A stretch of DNA of 64,000 nt. Source: an uncultured Actinomycetota bacterium. Lineage in GTDB: Bacteria; Actinomycetota; Actinomycetes; Mycobacteriales; CAVVZQ01. Positions 28,793 through 37,419 of the stretch are shown in pieces. The position numbers and the translations under genes were made by a program. The stretch's first letter is position 1; each line of letters begins with the position of its first letter. The notes under the pieces are model-generated. The model did no database searches. It saw only the letters and a list, made by a program, of their open reading frames with translations, and was not told the origin of the DNA. The stretch is from the NCBI GenBank assembly GCA_963752715.1, contig CAVVZQ010000007.1, forward strand, positions 456,215 to 520,214, written 5' to 3'.

Positions 28793-30199
28793 GTGACCGG
28801 CTCCGAGAAGCACGCGGGAGGGCGGCCCGACGGGAACTCCTCGGGCGGCATGAGCGACGTCGCGGAGTACCTGCGCAACGAGACCGTGGGCGGGGTCCTG
28901 CTGATCCTGGCCACTGTCGCAGCGCTGTTGTGGGCCAACCTGGACTACGACAACTACGAGGCCTTCCGCAACATCACGGTCGGTCCGGAGTCCCTGCACC
29001 TTGACCTGACGCTGGAAACGTGGGCGAAGGACGCTCTGCTCGCAGTCTTCTTCTTCATCGCCGGGCTCGAGCTCAAGCGCGAGCTCGTGGTCGGCGAGCT
29101 TCGGGAGATCCGCCGCGCCATGCTGCCTCTGTTCGGGGCGCTAGGCGGCATGATCCTGCCCGCCATCGTCTTCATCATCGTCGCGCGCGGCACCGACGGG
29201 TGGACGCGGGGCTGGGCCATCCCCACCGCCACCGACATCGCCTTCGCCCTGGGCATCATGTCCCTCGTCGCCGCAAGCCTGCCTCGAAACCTGAGGACCT
29301 ACCTGCTCAGCCTCGCCATCGTCGACGACCTCGGTGCCATCATCCTCATCGCCGTGCTGTTCACCTCCGACCTCGCGCCGGTGTGGCTGCTGGTGTCCGC
29401 CGGCCTTCTCGCCCTCTACAGCATCCTGCAGCGACGCCGGGTGACCGCCTGGTACATCTACGTACCGCTGGCCGTTCTGGTCTGGGTCGCAGTCCACGAC
29501 TCCGGTGTGCACGCGACGATCGCGGGCGTCGCGCTGGGGATGCTCACGCGCGTGAAGCGCGACCCCGGCGAGGACCACTCCCCCGCAGAGCGCCTCGAGC
29601 ACCGCCTCCAGCCGTTCTCGGCCGCTTTCTGTATCCCGGTCTTCGCGCTGCTCGCCGCCGGGGTCCCGCTCAGCGCGGAAGCCCTGCAGGACGTCGGGAG
29701 CAGCCCTATCGCGCAAGGGATCATTGCGGGCCTGGTCATCGGCAAGCCCATCGGAATCCTGGGCGGCTCCGCTCTCGCCGTGACGGCGCGGGTCGCCCGG
29801 CTGCCGCGGGGCGTGAGCTGGCGGGACCTCTCCGGAGTCGGGCTCGTCGCAGGAGTGGGCTTCACCGTGAGCCTGCTCATGGCGAGCCTTGCCTTCGAGG
29901 GCGACCCGGCGCTGATCCAGGTGTCAAAGACCGCTGTCCTGGTCGGATCTACGTTCATGGGATTGCTGGGGGCCGCGGTGCTCTACCGGCGCAGCAAAGT
30001 CAGCCGACTGAAGGAGCTGGGCCTGCGTGCGATGGCCGACCGTACGCTGGAGCTCGACGCCATCGGGCCGGAGGCGATCCGCCCAGCAGACTCCCGGGGG
30101 GAGCTCACCGGTCCTCCCCCGGACCGCGTCCCCCGCCCCAGCGAGGCGTCCGGCATCCCGGACTCCGGTACCGACCCGGATGAGCATGCGGGCGGCTGA
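28793..30199 (+). CDS. nhaA: Na+/H+ antiporter NhaA
   Basis: 468 aa with FFFIAGLELKRELVVGEL and IPTATDIAFALG motifs. Confidence 0.9.
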   Translation: MTGSEKHAGGRPDGNSSGGMSDVAEYLRNETVGGVLLILATVAALLWANLDYDNYEAFRNITVGPESLHLDLTLETWAKDALLAVFFFIAGLELKRELVVGELREIRRAMLPLFGALGGMILPAIVFIIVARGTDGWTRGWAIPTATDIAFALGIMSLVAASLPRNLRTYLLSLAIVDDLGAIILIAVLFTSDLAPVWLLVSAGLLALYSILQRRRVTAWYIYVPLAVLVWVAVHDSGVHATIAGVALGMLTRVKRDPGEDHSPAERLEHRLQPFSAAFCIPVFALLAAGVPLSAEALQDVGSSPIAQGIIAGLVIGKPIGILGGSALAVTARVARLPRGVSWRDLSGVGLVAGVGFTVSLLMASLAFEGDPALIQVSKTAVLVGSTFMGLLGAAVLYRRSKVSRLKELGLRAMADRTLELDAIGPEAIRPADSRGELTGPPPDRVPRPSEASGIPDSGTDPDEHAGG

Positions 30200-30300
30200 C
30201 CCGAACGCCGACGGGCTTGCGTACGGCTCGGCCGGGCTGCGCCTAGTATCGGCTCGACAGGGGAACGCACCGGGCGGGACGAGCAGGAGAGGCAGAACGA

Positions 30301-30819
30301 ATGTCCACACCCTCGCAAGGTCAGCAAGGTCCCGGCGGGTCCGCATTGCCCGGCGACCGGGAGATCGCGACGAGCACGTTCGCCGAGCCTGACAACCGGC
30401 CCTCCCGGCTGCCCGCCACCGACCCATCGCGACGCAGCGTCGTCCAGGTGGCCGGCGCCGTCGCGGGAGACGTCTCCGTGCTGGTCCAAGCCCACGTCGA
30501 GCTGGCCAAGACCGAGATTCAGGCGAGCGCCAAGGCTGCCGGCAAGTCCGTCGGGATGTTCGCCGGCGCGGGCATACTCGGCTACTTCTCGGTCTTCATG
30601 TTCATGGTGGCCGCGGCCGAGGGCCTGGTGGCGCTGGGCCTGTGGCGGTGGCTGTCCTACCTGATCGTGGCGCTTGTCCTGGTGCTGATTGCGGCGATAC
30701 TCGCCCTGGTCGGCCAGCGGGGTCTCAAGGGCGTGAAGGGGATGCCGAAGACCCAGAAGTCGGTGGAGGACTCGAAGGCGATCCTGAGCGAGAAGGCCAG
30801 CCGCTCACGTGAGGAGTAG
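30301..30819 (+). CDS. Actinobacterial holin-X-like (phage holin family) membrane protein
   Basis: 172 aa. The two-TM core FAGAGILGYFSVFMFMVAAAEGLVALGLWRWLSYLIVALVL is shared with the next gene. CAGGAGAGG precedes the ATG. Confidence 0.7.
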   Translation: MSTPSQGQQGPGGSALPGDREIATSTFAEPDNRPSRLPATDPSRRSVVQVAGAVAGDVSVLVQAHVELAKTEIQASAKAAGKSVGMFAGAGILGYFSVFMFMVAAAEGLVALGLWRWLSYLIVALVLVLIAAILALVGQRGLKGVKGMPKTQKSVEDSKAILSEKASRSREE

Positions 30820-31222
30820 GGCACCGGCCGAGCGGCCCATCGCCGAGCTGGCGGGGGCCGTTGCCGCAGACCTCTCACTGCTGGCTCGCTACCGCGCCGA
30901 GCTGGCTAGGCCCTCCAGGCCTGGCGCGGGATCCCGGGACTCCTCCTCGCCGGCCGGGCTGTTCGCCGGGGCAGGCGTCCTCGGCTACTTCACGGTGTTC
31001 CTGCTGCTGGTCGCAGCTGCGGAGGGCGCTGCTGCGCTGGGGCTGTGGCGCTGGCTGTCCTACCTCCTCGTGGCCGCCGTCCTGCTGGCCGTGGCCGCGG
31101 TTCTGGCCGCTGTCGGGCGGCACTGGATCGGTGCCGTCGGGGTGCTGACTCAAACCCGCAGCTCCGTACGGCAGACCACGGTCGCCATCACCGCCCGGGT
31201 CCACCCGGGAGGAGGGGCCTGA
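30809..31222 (+). CDS. Second holin-X-like membrane protein (tandem paralogue)
   Basis: FAGAGVLGYFTVFLLLVAAAEGAAALGLWRWLSYLLVAAVL. GTG start overlaps the upstream gene by 11 nt. Confidence 0.6.
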   Translation: MRSRAPAERPIAELAGAVAADLSLLARYRAELARPSRPGAGSRDSSSPAGLFAGAGVLGYFTVFLLLVAAAEGAAALGLWRWLSYLLVAAVLLAVAAVLAAVGRHWIGAVGVLTQTRSSVRQTTVAITARVHPGGGA

Positions 31223-31236
31223 CCGGCCGTCACACC

Positions 31237-32205
31237 GTGGACCATCGCTTCGAGCCGCCCGACGAGCAGGACGTTCTCATCGAGGGCACCTGGACGCACC
31301 GCTACGTCTCGGCCAACGGGATCCGCTTCCACGTGGTGGAGCAGGGCTCCGGACCACTGGTGCTCCTGCTGCACGGATTCCCCCAGTTCTGGTGGACCTG
31401 GCGACACCAGATCCCGGCCCTGGCCGCTGCAGGCCTGAGGGTGGTGGCGGTAGACCTGCGCGGGTACGGAGCATCGGACAAGCCTCCTGGCGGGTACGAC
31501 CTGTACACCCTGTCGGGCGACGTGGGCCGGCTGGTCCGAGCACTCGGCGAGCAGGAGGCGGCTGTCGTCGGCCACGACTGGGGCGCAATCCTGGGATGGA
31601 CGGCTGCCACGCTGCACCCCCGTCAGGTGACCAGGATGGTGGCCCTCGAGACCCCGCACCCGCTCCGACTCAGGGAAGCCATGCTGGGCGACCGGGCGCA
31701 GCGTGCTCGGCTCGGATGGGTCTTCCGGTTCCAGCTGCCGGGCGTCGGCGAGCGGACGGTACTGCGGTCGCACGCGGCCTGGGTAGAGGACACGATTGGC
31801 TTGTGGGCCGGGCCTGGATGGCAGGCGCGCGAGGACTTCCCGGCGGCGCTGCAGCGATATCGGCGCGCCGCCCAGATCCCCGGGGTGGTACCGGCCGCGC
31901 TGGAGTACTACCGATGGGCGGTGCGCTCCTACGTCCGGCCCACGGGAGCCCACATGGCGCGGCTCCTCGAGGAGGGCGTGCCGGGGCAGGTGCTCCAGAT
32001 CCACTCCGACGGTCCGGGACCCATGCTCCTGGAGACGGCCGTGGGTAGCGACGCCTACGTCTCCGGCGACTACCGTCTGGAGGTGCTCGACGGCCTCGGC
32101 CACTTCCTGCCGGAAGAAGCGCCGGAGACGGTCACCTCACTGCTGCTCGAGTTCCTCGCCGCCAAACCCCGGCCATCCCTACCGCCCCGGCGGGAGCGGG
32201 CATGA
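31237..32205 (+). CDS. Alpha/beta hydrolase, epoxide-hydrolase-like
   Basis: LLLHGFPQFWWTWRHQIP and the nucleophile elbow VVGHDWGA. GTG at 31237, just after the holin-like stop. Confidence 0.85.
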   Translation: MDHRFEPPDEQDVLIEGTWTHRYVSANGIRFHVVEQGSGPLVLLLHGFPQFWWTWRHQIPALAAAGLRVVAVDLRGYGASDKPPGGYDLYTLSGDVGRLVRALGEQEAAVVGHDWGAILGWTAATLHPRQVTRMVALETPHPLRLREAMLGDRAQRARLGWVFRFQLPGVGERTVLRSHAAWVEDTIGLWAGPGWQAREDFPAALQRYRRAAQIPGVVPAALEYYRWAVRSYVRPTGAHMARLLEEGVPGQVLQIHSDGPGPMLLETAVGSDAYVSGDYRLEVLDGLGHFLPEEAPETVTSLLLEFLAAKPRPSLPPRRERA

Positions 32206-32759
32206 CCAAGCCGACCGAACCGCCCGGGCCGACCGAACCGCCCGGGCCGACCGACGGCACCGGGGCCGGCACGGCCCCCCGACCGCGCGACGAGCTCGGC
32301 CGCCCACTCGAGCGCGGCGCGATCGGCGTGCCTGAGGTACCCCCTGAGCCGCTTCCGCCTGAGGAGACCCTGGCGACGGCACAGCGATACTGGGACATGG
32401 GCCGCGCGTTCGCTGCCCATGAGGTGCTCGAAGCCAGGTGGAAGGCGAGCCCAGCGGAGGAGCGGGACCTGTGGCAGGGCCTGGCCCAGCTGGCCGTGGG
32501 GTACACGCACCTGCAGAGGGGAAATCTTGTCGGGGGCGCGCGGCTGCTGCGTCGGGGTTCCGATCGGATAGCACCCTGGATCGCCGGCGCTCCCCACCAC
32601 ATCGACGTCGCAGGACTGGTGGCCTGGGCCCGGCAGCTGGCCGCCGCGGTCGACGACGGTCAGCTCACGGAACCGCTCGACCACCACGGGCGGAACGGGC
32701 AAGCAGGGCAAGGCGGGCAAGGCGGGCACAGCGCTGTTCCCCGCCTGACCCACGCCTGA
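32202..32759 (+). CDS. DUF309-domain protein
   Basis: GRAFAAHEVLEARWK...LWQGLAQLAVGYTHLQRGN. ATGA overlap with the hydrolase. The N-terminus contains an 18-bp tandem repeat. Confidence 0.75.
   Translation: MTKPTEPPGPTEPPGPTDGTGAGTAPRPRDELGRPLERGAIGVPEVPPEPLPPEETLATAQRYWDMGRAFAAHEVLEARWKASPAEERDLWQGLAQLAVGYTHLQRGNLVGGARLLRRGSDRIAPWIAGAPHHIDVAGLVAWARQLAAAVDDGQLTEPLDHHGRNGQAGQGGQGGHSAVPRLTHA
32211..32254 (+). repeat. 18-bp tandem repeat CCGACCGAACCGCCCGGG x2 plus a partial copy (encodes PTEPPG repeats)
   Basis: Read directly. Confidence 0.85.
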
Positions 32760-32839
32760 CCCACTCCTGACCTGGCTGAGCATGCTGCGGCGGGCGCCGC
32801 TGGACCCGAGCGACCCGGACAACCGGCACGTCCCGGTCC

Positions 32840-34048
32840 TCAGGTGCCAGGAACCTGACAGCTGCCGGTAGCCACTGCCTCGGTGGCCGACTCACCTTGG
32901 CTGGCGTAGTCCGCCACCGCACGGGCCGTCATCGCGAAGCCCGTACCGGCCTGGTACTTCGACGAGGCAAACACCAGTCCCAGCACGTCGCCGTCCTCCG
33001 AGACCAGCGGTCCCCCCGAGTACCCGGAGACGACCGGAGCCAGGACCTGGTAGACGTCCCGACCGACATCCGGGGTCCCGTCCCAGCCCGGGCCGACGAG
33101 CTCGAAGGCGCGCATCACCGACGCCGGAAGCACGGTGATGTCCCCTCCGCCCGGGTAGCCGACGACGAGGCTGCGCTCGCCGGGTGCGGCCACGTCCGGG
33201 TCGAACGTCATGGTCGGCACGTCCATGCCCGCAACCGCAAGGACAGCCACGTCGCGTGCGGTGTCGATGGCGACCACGGTTGCGGGCCAGCTCCGTCCGT
33301 CGTGGCGGACCCGGGGGGCGTCCACGCCTGCCACGACGTGCGCCGCCGTCATGACCCGCTCGGGGGCGTACGGGATGCCGCTGCCGGAAACTGTGACCCC
33401 GCAGGCCGTGGCGGTGCCGTTGATCTGGACGACGGAGGCCCGTGCCAGCTGCGCGGCGTCCTGCTCCGCTGCCAGCTCCACCTCGGAGGGTGTCGGGTCA
33501 GCAGCCGGTACCACCGGTGGTGCCAGGACGTCGCCGAATACCTGGGGGAGTGTCTCCGACACCAGACGATCGCCCCAGGCCTGGATGGTCGACCGGACGA
33601 AACCGGGGAGCAGGCTCTCAGCCGTGGACATCAGATGCGAGCTGCCCACGACCGGTGCCATCGCCGGGACGGCGGGCACGAGCAGCGCACTCGTCATCAC
33701 CCATGCAACCATCAGAACGCTCGCCGCACCCAGCACGGCGCCACCGATGGCGTCAACGAGACGCGGAGCACGTCCCTCATGCCAGTCCCCTCGACTGAGA
33801 CGGGCACCGACGGCGGAACCGACCATCGCGCCGACCAGGGCACCGCCGGCAACCAGCACGAGAACCGCTGTGCCCCGTAAGACAGGGTCTGCGGCCTGGT
33901 CTGCCGCGAAGGAAGCGGCCACCACGCCCAGGACACCGCCCACGGCGAGCCCCGCGAGGGACGCCAGCCCGGCCAGCAGGCCCACACGCACGCCATAGGC
34001 CACCGCGGCGACCAGCGCCACCACGATCACCAGGTCAACGATGTTCAC
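32840..34048 (-). CDS. marP: MarP-type membrane-anchored trypsin-like serine protease (CvpA + S1 domain)
   Basis: VNIVDLVIVVALVAAV N-terminal TMs, TAAHVV (catalytic His) and SGYSGGPLV (catalytic Ser). GTGA overlap with the nudix stop. Confidence 0.85.
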   Translation of the reverse strand: MNIVDLVIVVALVAAVAYGVRVGLLAGLASLAGLAVGGVLGVVAASFAADQAADPVLRGTAVLVLVAGGALVGAMVGSAVGARLSRGDWHEGRAPRLVDAIGGAVLGAASVLMVAWVMTSALLVPAVPAMAPVVGSSHLMSTAESLLPGFVRSTIQAWGDRLVSETLPQVFGDVLAPPVVPAADPTPSEVELAAEQDAAQLARASVVQINGTATACGVTVSGSGIPYAPERVMTAAHVVAGVDAPRVRHDGRSWPATVVAIDTARDVAVLAVAGMDVPTMTFDPDVAAPGERSLVVGYPGGGDITVLPASVMRAFELVGPGWDGTPDVGRDVYQVLAPVVSGYSGGPLVSEDGDVLGLVFASSKYQAGTGFAMTARAVADYASQGESATEAVATGSCQVPGT

Positions 34049-34836
34049 GACGGCGCGGCCCCCGAGTCCCGGCGGGGGTCGCCGCCGGCTCCCTCCGGCC
34101 TGGGTAGGAACGCGGTGGGAGGCACCTCCACGTCGAGTCCCGGTTCGGTTTCCGGGACTCCGGCGACTGCCAGGTCCCACATGTCCTTGGGCAGGTCGCG
34201 TACGTCGGAGTCGTTCCACGGGCGCGACCAGCCACCCGCATCGAGAACCCAGTCCAGCACCATCGCCGTGAAACCCCATACCAGCAGGTCAGCCACATCG
34301 AACGCGGGCCCGACGAACCCTCGGGGGTGCCTGACCCGGTACCGGTTGGCCGGGTCGACCAGGTCGGCGATCGGGACCCGCTCGACCTGGGTGACCTCAG
34401 CACGGCTCACCGTCGTCACCGTGCCCGGCGTGTGCCACCAGGCCATGACCGGGCTGACGATGAACCCCGAGGGAGGCACCCACAGGTCGGGTAGCTGGGC
34501 GAACACATGGACCTCCGCGCGGTCCAGGCCGACCTCCTCCTCGGCCTCGCGCAGCGCGGTGGCCGTCGCATCCGAATCCTCAGGGTCCGACGCACCCCCG
34601 GGGAAAGCCGGCTGTCCCGCATGGCTGGACATCGTGCGCCCCCGCTGGATGAGCAGAACGTCCGGGCCCTGCGGGGTCTCGCCGAAGAGAATCAGCACCG
34701 CGCTCGGTCGCCCCCGCGCCCCCGGCGGGACGAACGGCGAGCGACCCTGTGGGCCGACGGCTTCCCAGGCACCATCGACCGCAGTCCGCAGCGGCTCGAG
34801 CCACGACGGCAGGCTCGTACGGTCGTCCTCGGTCAC
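34045..34836 (-). CDS. NUDIX hydrolase
   Basis: Nudix box GGASDPEDSDATATALREAEEEVGL. ATGA overlap with the tlpA-like stop. Confidence 0.85.
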   Translation of the reverse strand: MTEDDRTSLPSWLEPLRTAVDGAWEAVGPQGRSPFVPPGARGRPSAVLILFGETPQGPDVLLIQRGRTMSSHAGQPAFPGGASDPEDSDATATALREAEEEVGLDRAEVHVFAQLPDLWVPPSGFIVSPVMAWWHTPGTVTTVSRAEVTQVERVPIADLVDPANRYRVRHPRGFVGPAFDVADLLVWGFTAMVLDWVLDAGGWSRPWNDSDVRDLPKDMWDLAVAGVPETEPGLDVEVPPTAFLPRPEGAGGDPRRDSGAAPS

Positions 34837-35537
34837 AGGTCCACCTCAAGATGCTCGCTCACCAGGGCGAGCAACTGATCGTAGGACAGCGCGGGCCCGG
34901 AGTAGACATGTGCCACGGAGCCGTCACCCGCCACGAGGACTGTGACCGGCAACCCTGGACGCGCCAGGCTCTTCCGCAGCGCTCCGTCCGGGTCGACGAC
35001 GCTCGGGAAGCTCACGCCGGTGGTGGTCACGAACTGCTCGGCCGCCTCGGCGCTGTCCTCGCTCACTACGCCCCACACGCTCAGCACCGGGGCGCCGGAC
35101 TCGGATTCGCTCGCCTCGGCCAGACGCTCGAATGCCGGCATCTCCTGGCGACACGGCCCGCACCAGGAGGCCCACACGGTGAGCACCGCGGGTCCAGGAA
35201 TCTCCGGCAGAGACACGGCCGGTCCCGTACCGAGGCACTCCAGCGTCAGATCCGGCAGCAGGGTGCTCTCTGAGAGGCTCGCCGCGGCACCCTCCGAACC
35301 GTCCGACCCGGCCGGATCCCCCCCGGCCGAGGCTGGTGCGGTGTGCCCCACCGGCGTCGGCAGCGGGCTCGGACATGCCGCCGGCTCACCGACCGGCGCG
35401 GTCGCGGCAGCTTCTTGCTGCAGGCGCGCGTCGGCCGCATTCTCAGGCGCGACTCCGCAGCCGGCCAGCGACACCGCGGCGAGGCTCGCGACGGCAGCCA
35501 CCCCCGAAAGCACCGTGACTCGTCCGCGGGCTGTCAC
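34833..35537 (-). CDS. TlpA/ResA-like thioredoxin-fold lipoprotein
   Basis: Lipobox LAGC and [11 protein letters not shown] active site. GTGA overlap with the nth stop. Confidence 0.8.
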   Translation of the reverse strand: MTARGRVTVLSGVAAVASLAAVSLAGCGVAPENAADARLQQEAAATAPVGEPAACPSPLPTPVGHTAPASAGGDPAGSDGSEGAAASLSESTLLPDLTLECLGTGPAVSLPEIPGPAVLTVWASWCGPCRQEMPAFERLAEASESESGAPVLSVWGVVSEDSAEAAEQFVTTTGVSFPSVVDPDGALRKSLARPGLPVTVLVAGDGSVAHVYSGPALSYDQLLALVSEHLEVDL

Positions 35538-36274
35538 GAGGCCGCCCTGCCTGCGTCGGGCAGTACCGCTCCGGGCCGAACCAGCGCCCGTGCGGTCTCG
35601 TAGTCGAGCGGACCTGTGCCGTACGACGGGCACCAGCGCTGCAGAGGGCAGGCTCCGCACGCGGGCCTGCGCGCATGACAGATGCGGCGGCCGTGCCAGA
35701 TCAGCCGGTGGGACAGCATCGTCCAGTCGCGCCGCGGGAACAGCTCCGCGAGATCCCGCTCCACGCGTACGGGGTCGCTCTGATCGGTCCAGCCGAACCG
35801 CTTCGACAGACGCAGCACGTGGGTGTCGACGGCTATCCCGGGCTCCCCGAAGGCGTTTCCCCGGATCACGTTGGCGGTCTTGCGCCCCACCCCCGGCAAG
35901 GTGACGAGGTCGTCCATACCCCGGGGGACCTCGCCGTCGAAGCGCTCCAGCAGAGCCTGACCCAGCCGGACGAGGGACTCCGACTTCGCGTTGAAGAAGC
36001 CCGTGGACCGGATCAGCTCCCCGAGCTCCGCTCTGTCGGCTCCCGCGTAGGCAGCCGCGTCCGGATAGCGTGCGAAGACCGTCGGTGTGACGCTGTTGAC
36101 ACGGTCGTCGGTGCACTGCGCGGACAGGATCGTGGCGACCGTAAGTTCCAGCGGGCTGGAGAAGGTCAGCTCGCAGTGCGCGTCCGGGTAGACCTCGCAC
36201 AGCACCCGGTACATCCGACGGGCCCGTCTCACCAGCGCCAGGCGCGTCTCGGAGCGACGCGCCTGGTGTGCCAC
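35534..36274 (-). CDS. nth: Endonuclease III
   Basis: Hh[15 protein letters not shown] and FeS cluster [20 protein letters not shown] at 36274 gives 246 aa; an ATG at 36331 is an alternative start. Confidence 0.9.
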   Translation of the reverse strand: MAHQARRSETRLALVRRARRMYRVLCEVYPDAHCELTFSSPLELTVATILSAQCTDDRVNSVTPTVFARYPDAAAYAGADRAELGELIRSTGFFNAKSESLVRLGQALLERFDGEVPRGMDDLVTLPGVGRKTANVIRGNAFGEPGIAVDTHVLRLSKRFGWTDQSDPVRVERDLAELFPRRDWTMLSHRLIWHGRRICHARRPACGACPLQRWCPSYGTGPLDYETARALVRPGAVLPDAGRAAS

Positions 36275-36404
36275 ACGGCCAGGGTAGCCAGGGGCGCGAC
36301 GCGCTGCTCTACCCTTGAACCGTAGGATCATGGGCAAGGACTGGGTTGGACAGCACCCGGGTGCGGCGCTGACACACGTCGCACCCCTACTGGAGGAGGT
36401 GACG

Positions 36405-36626
36405 GTGGGCACAGTCTGGATTGCCCTTCTGACCCCCCTCCTCATCCTTGCCATGGCGCTGTTCATGGAAGCGGTGGAACGCCCCATCCGCCAGGCGGAA
36501 GTCGACAGCGAGTTGGAGACGTTCCTCGAGACTGCGAAACCCGAGGAGGTCGAGACGCTGGCGAGCGAGGGCTACGCGAGCGCGCTCGACCGGTACTGGC
36601 GACGGCGACGACGTGGCCGCTCGTAG
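36405..36626 (+). CDS. Small membrane protein between nth and crp
   Basis: GGAGGAGG lies upstream of GTG codons at 36399 and 36405. TM segment [18 protein letters not shown], then an acidic stretch and an RRRRRGRS tail. Confidence 0.45.
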   Translation: MGTVWIALLTPLLILAMALFMEAVERPIRQAEVDSELETFLETAKPEEVETLASEGYASALDRYWRRRRRGRS

Positions 36627-36677
36627 TACCGACAGCCTGCGGACAGCAGTTCCCGAGCCGAAGCGGAAGGATGTGGC

Positions 36678-37352
36678 ATGGACGAGGTGCTGAGCCGCGC
36701 GGGCCTGTTCCGCGGCATAGACCCCGAGGCTGCCGAGGCTCTCGCGAGCCACCTCGAGTACCTCGACGCTCCGCGTGGCGAGGTGATCTTCCTTGAGGGC
36801 GAGCCGGGGAACAGCCTCTACATCGTGATCTCGGGCAAGGTGAAGATCAGCCGCAAGTCCGCGGACGGCCGCCAGAACCTGCTCGCCATCATGGGACCCG
36901 CCGACCTGTTCGGCGAGCTGTCGATCTTCGACCCCGGTCCGCGCACCGCCACCGCCGTCGCTCTCACCGACGTGCGGCTCGCGAAGCTGCACCAGTCGGC
37001 TCTGCGACCGTGGGTCAAGGACCGCCCCGAGATCGCCCTGCAGCTGCTGCGGGTCCTTGCCCGCCGCCTGCGGCGTACCAATGACGCCTTGGCCGACCTG
37101 ATCTTCACCGATGTACCCAGCCGGGTTGCCAAGCAGCTGCTCGTGCTCGGACAGCGGTTCGGCACCGTCGACGGGGACACCGTGCGCGTGCAGCACGACC
37201 TCACCCAGCAGGAGCTCGCCCAGCTCGTGGGCGCCTCGCGGGAGACAGTCAACAAGGCGCTTGCAGAGTTCGCGTCGCGGGGATGGATCAGGCTGGACGG
37301 CAAGACCGTCGTCATCCTGAACAAGGATCGGCTGGCCAACCGGGCCCGCTAG
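36678..37352 (+). CDS. crp: cAMP receptor protein (Crp/Fnr family)
   Basis: 224 aa. cNMP-binding motif [18 protein letters not shown] and HTH motif [17 protein letters not shown]. Confidence 0.95.
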   Translation: MDEVLSRAGLFRGIDPEAAEALASHLEYLDAPRGEVIFLEGEPGNSLYIVISGKVKISRKSADGRQNLLAIMGPADLFGELSIFDPGPRTATAVALTDVRLAKLHQSALRPWVKDRPEIALQLLRVLARRLRRTNDALADLIFTDVPSRVAKQLLVLGQRFGTVDGDTVRVQHDLTQQELAQLVGASRETVNKALAEFASRGWIRLDGKTVVILNKDRLANRAR

Positions 37353-37419
37353 AGCTGGGCAGCGCGGGCAGAACAGGACAGCGCTGGGCCGATCAAGGCT
37401 GGGCAGAACTGCGCAGCGC

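Noticed and set aside
37353-37419. Repeats GCTGGGCAG x2 and the palindromic octamer CAGCGCTG x2 between the crp and cyclase stops, considered as a bidirectional terminator.
   Set aside because: The possible stems are short with long loops, and there is no U tract. This is not convincing as an intrinsic terminator.
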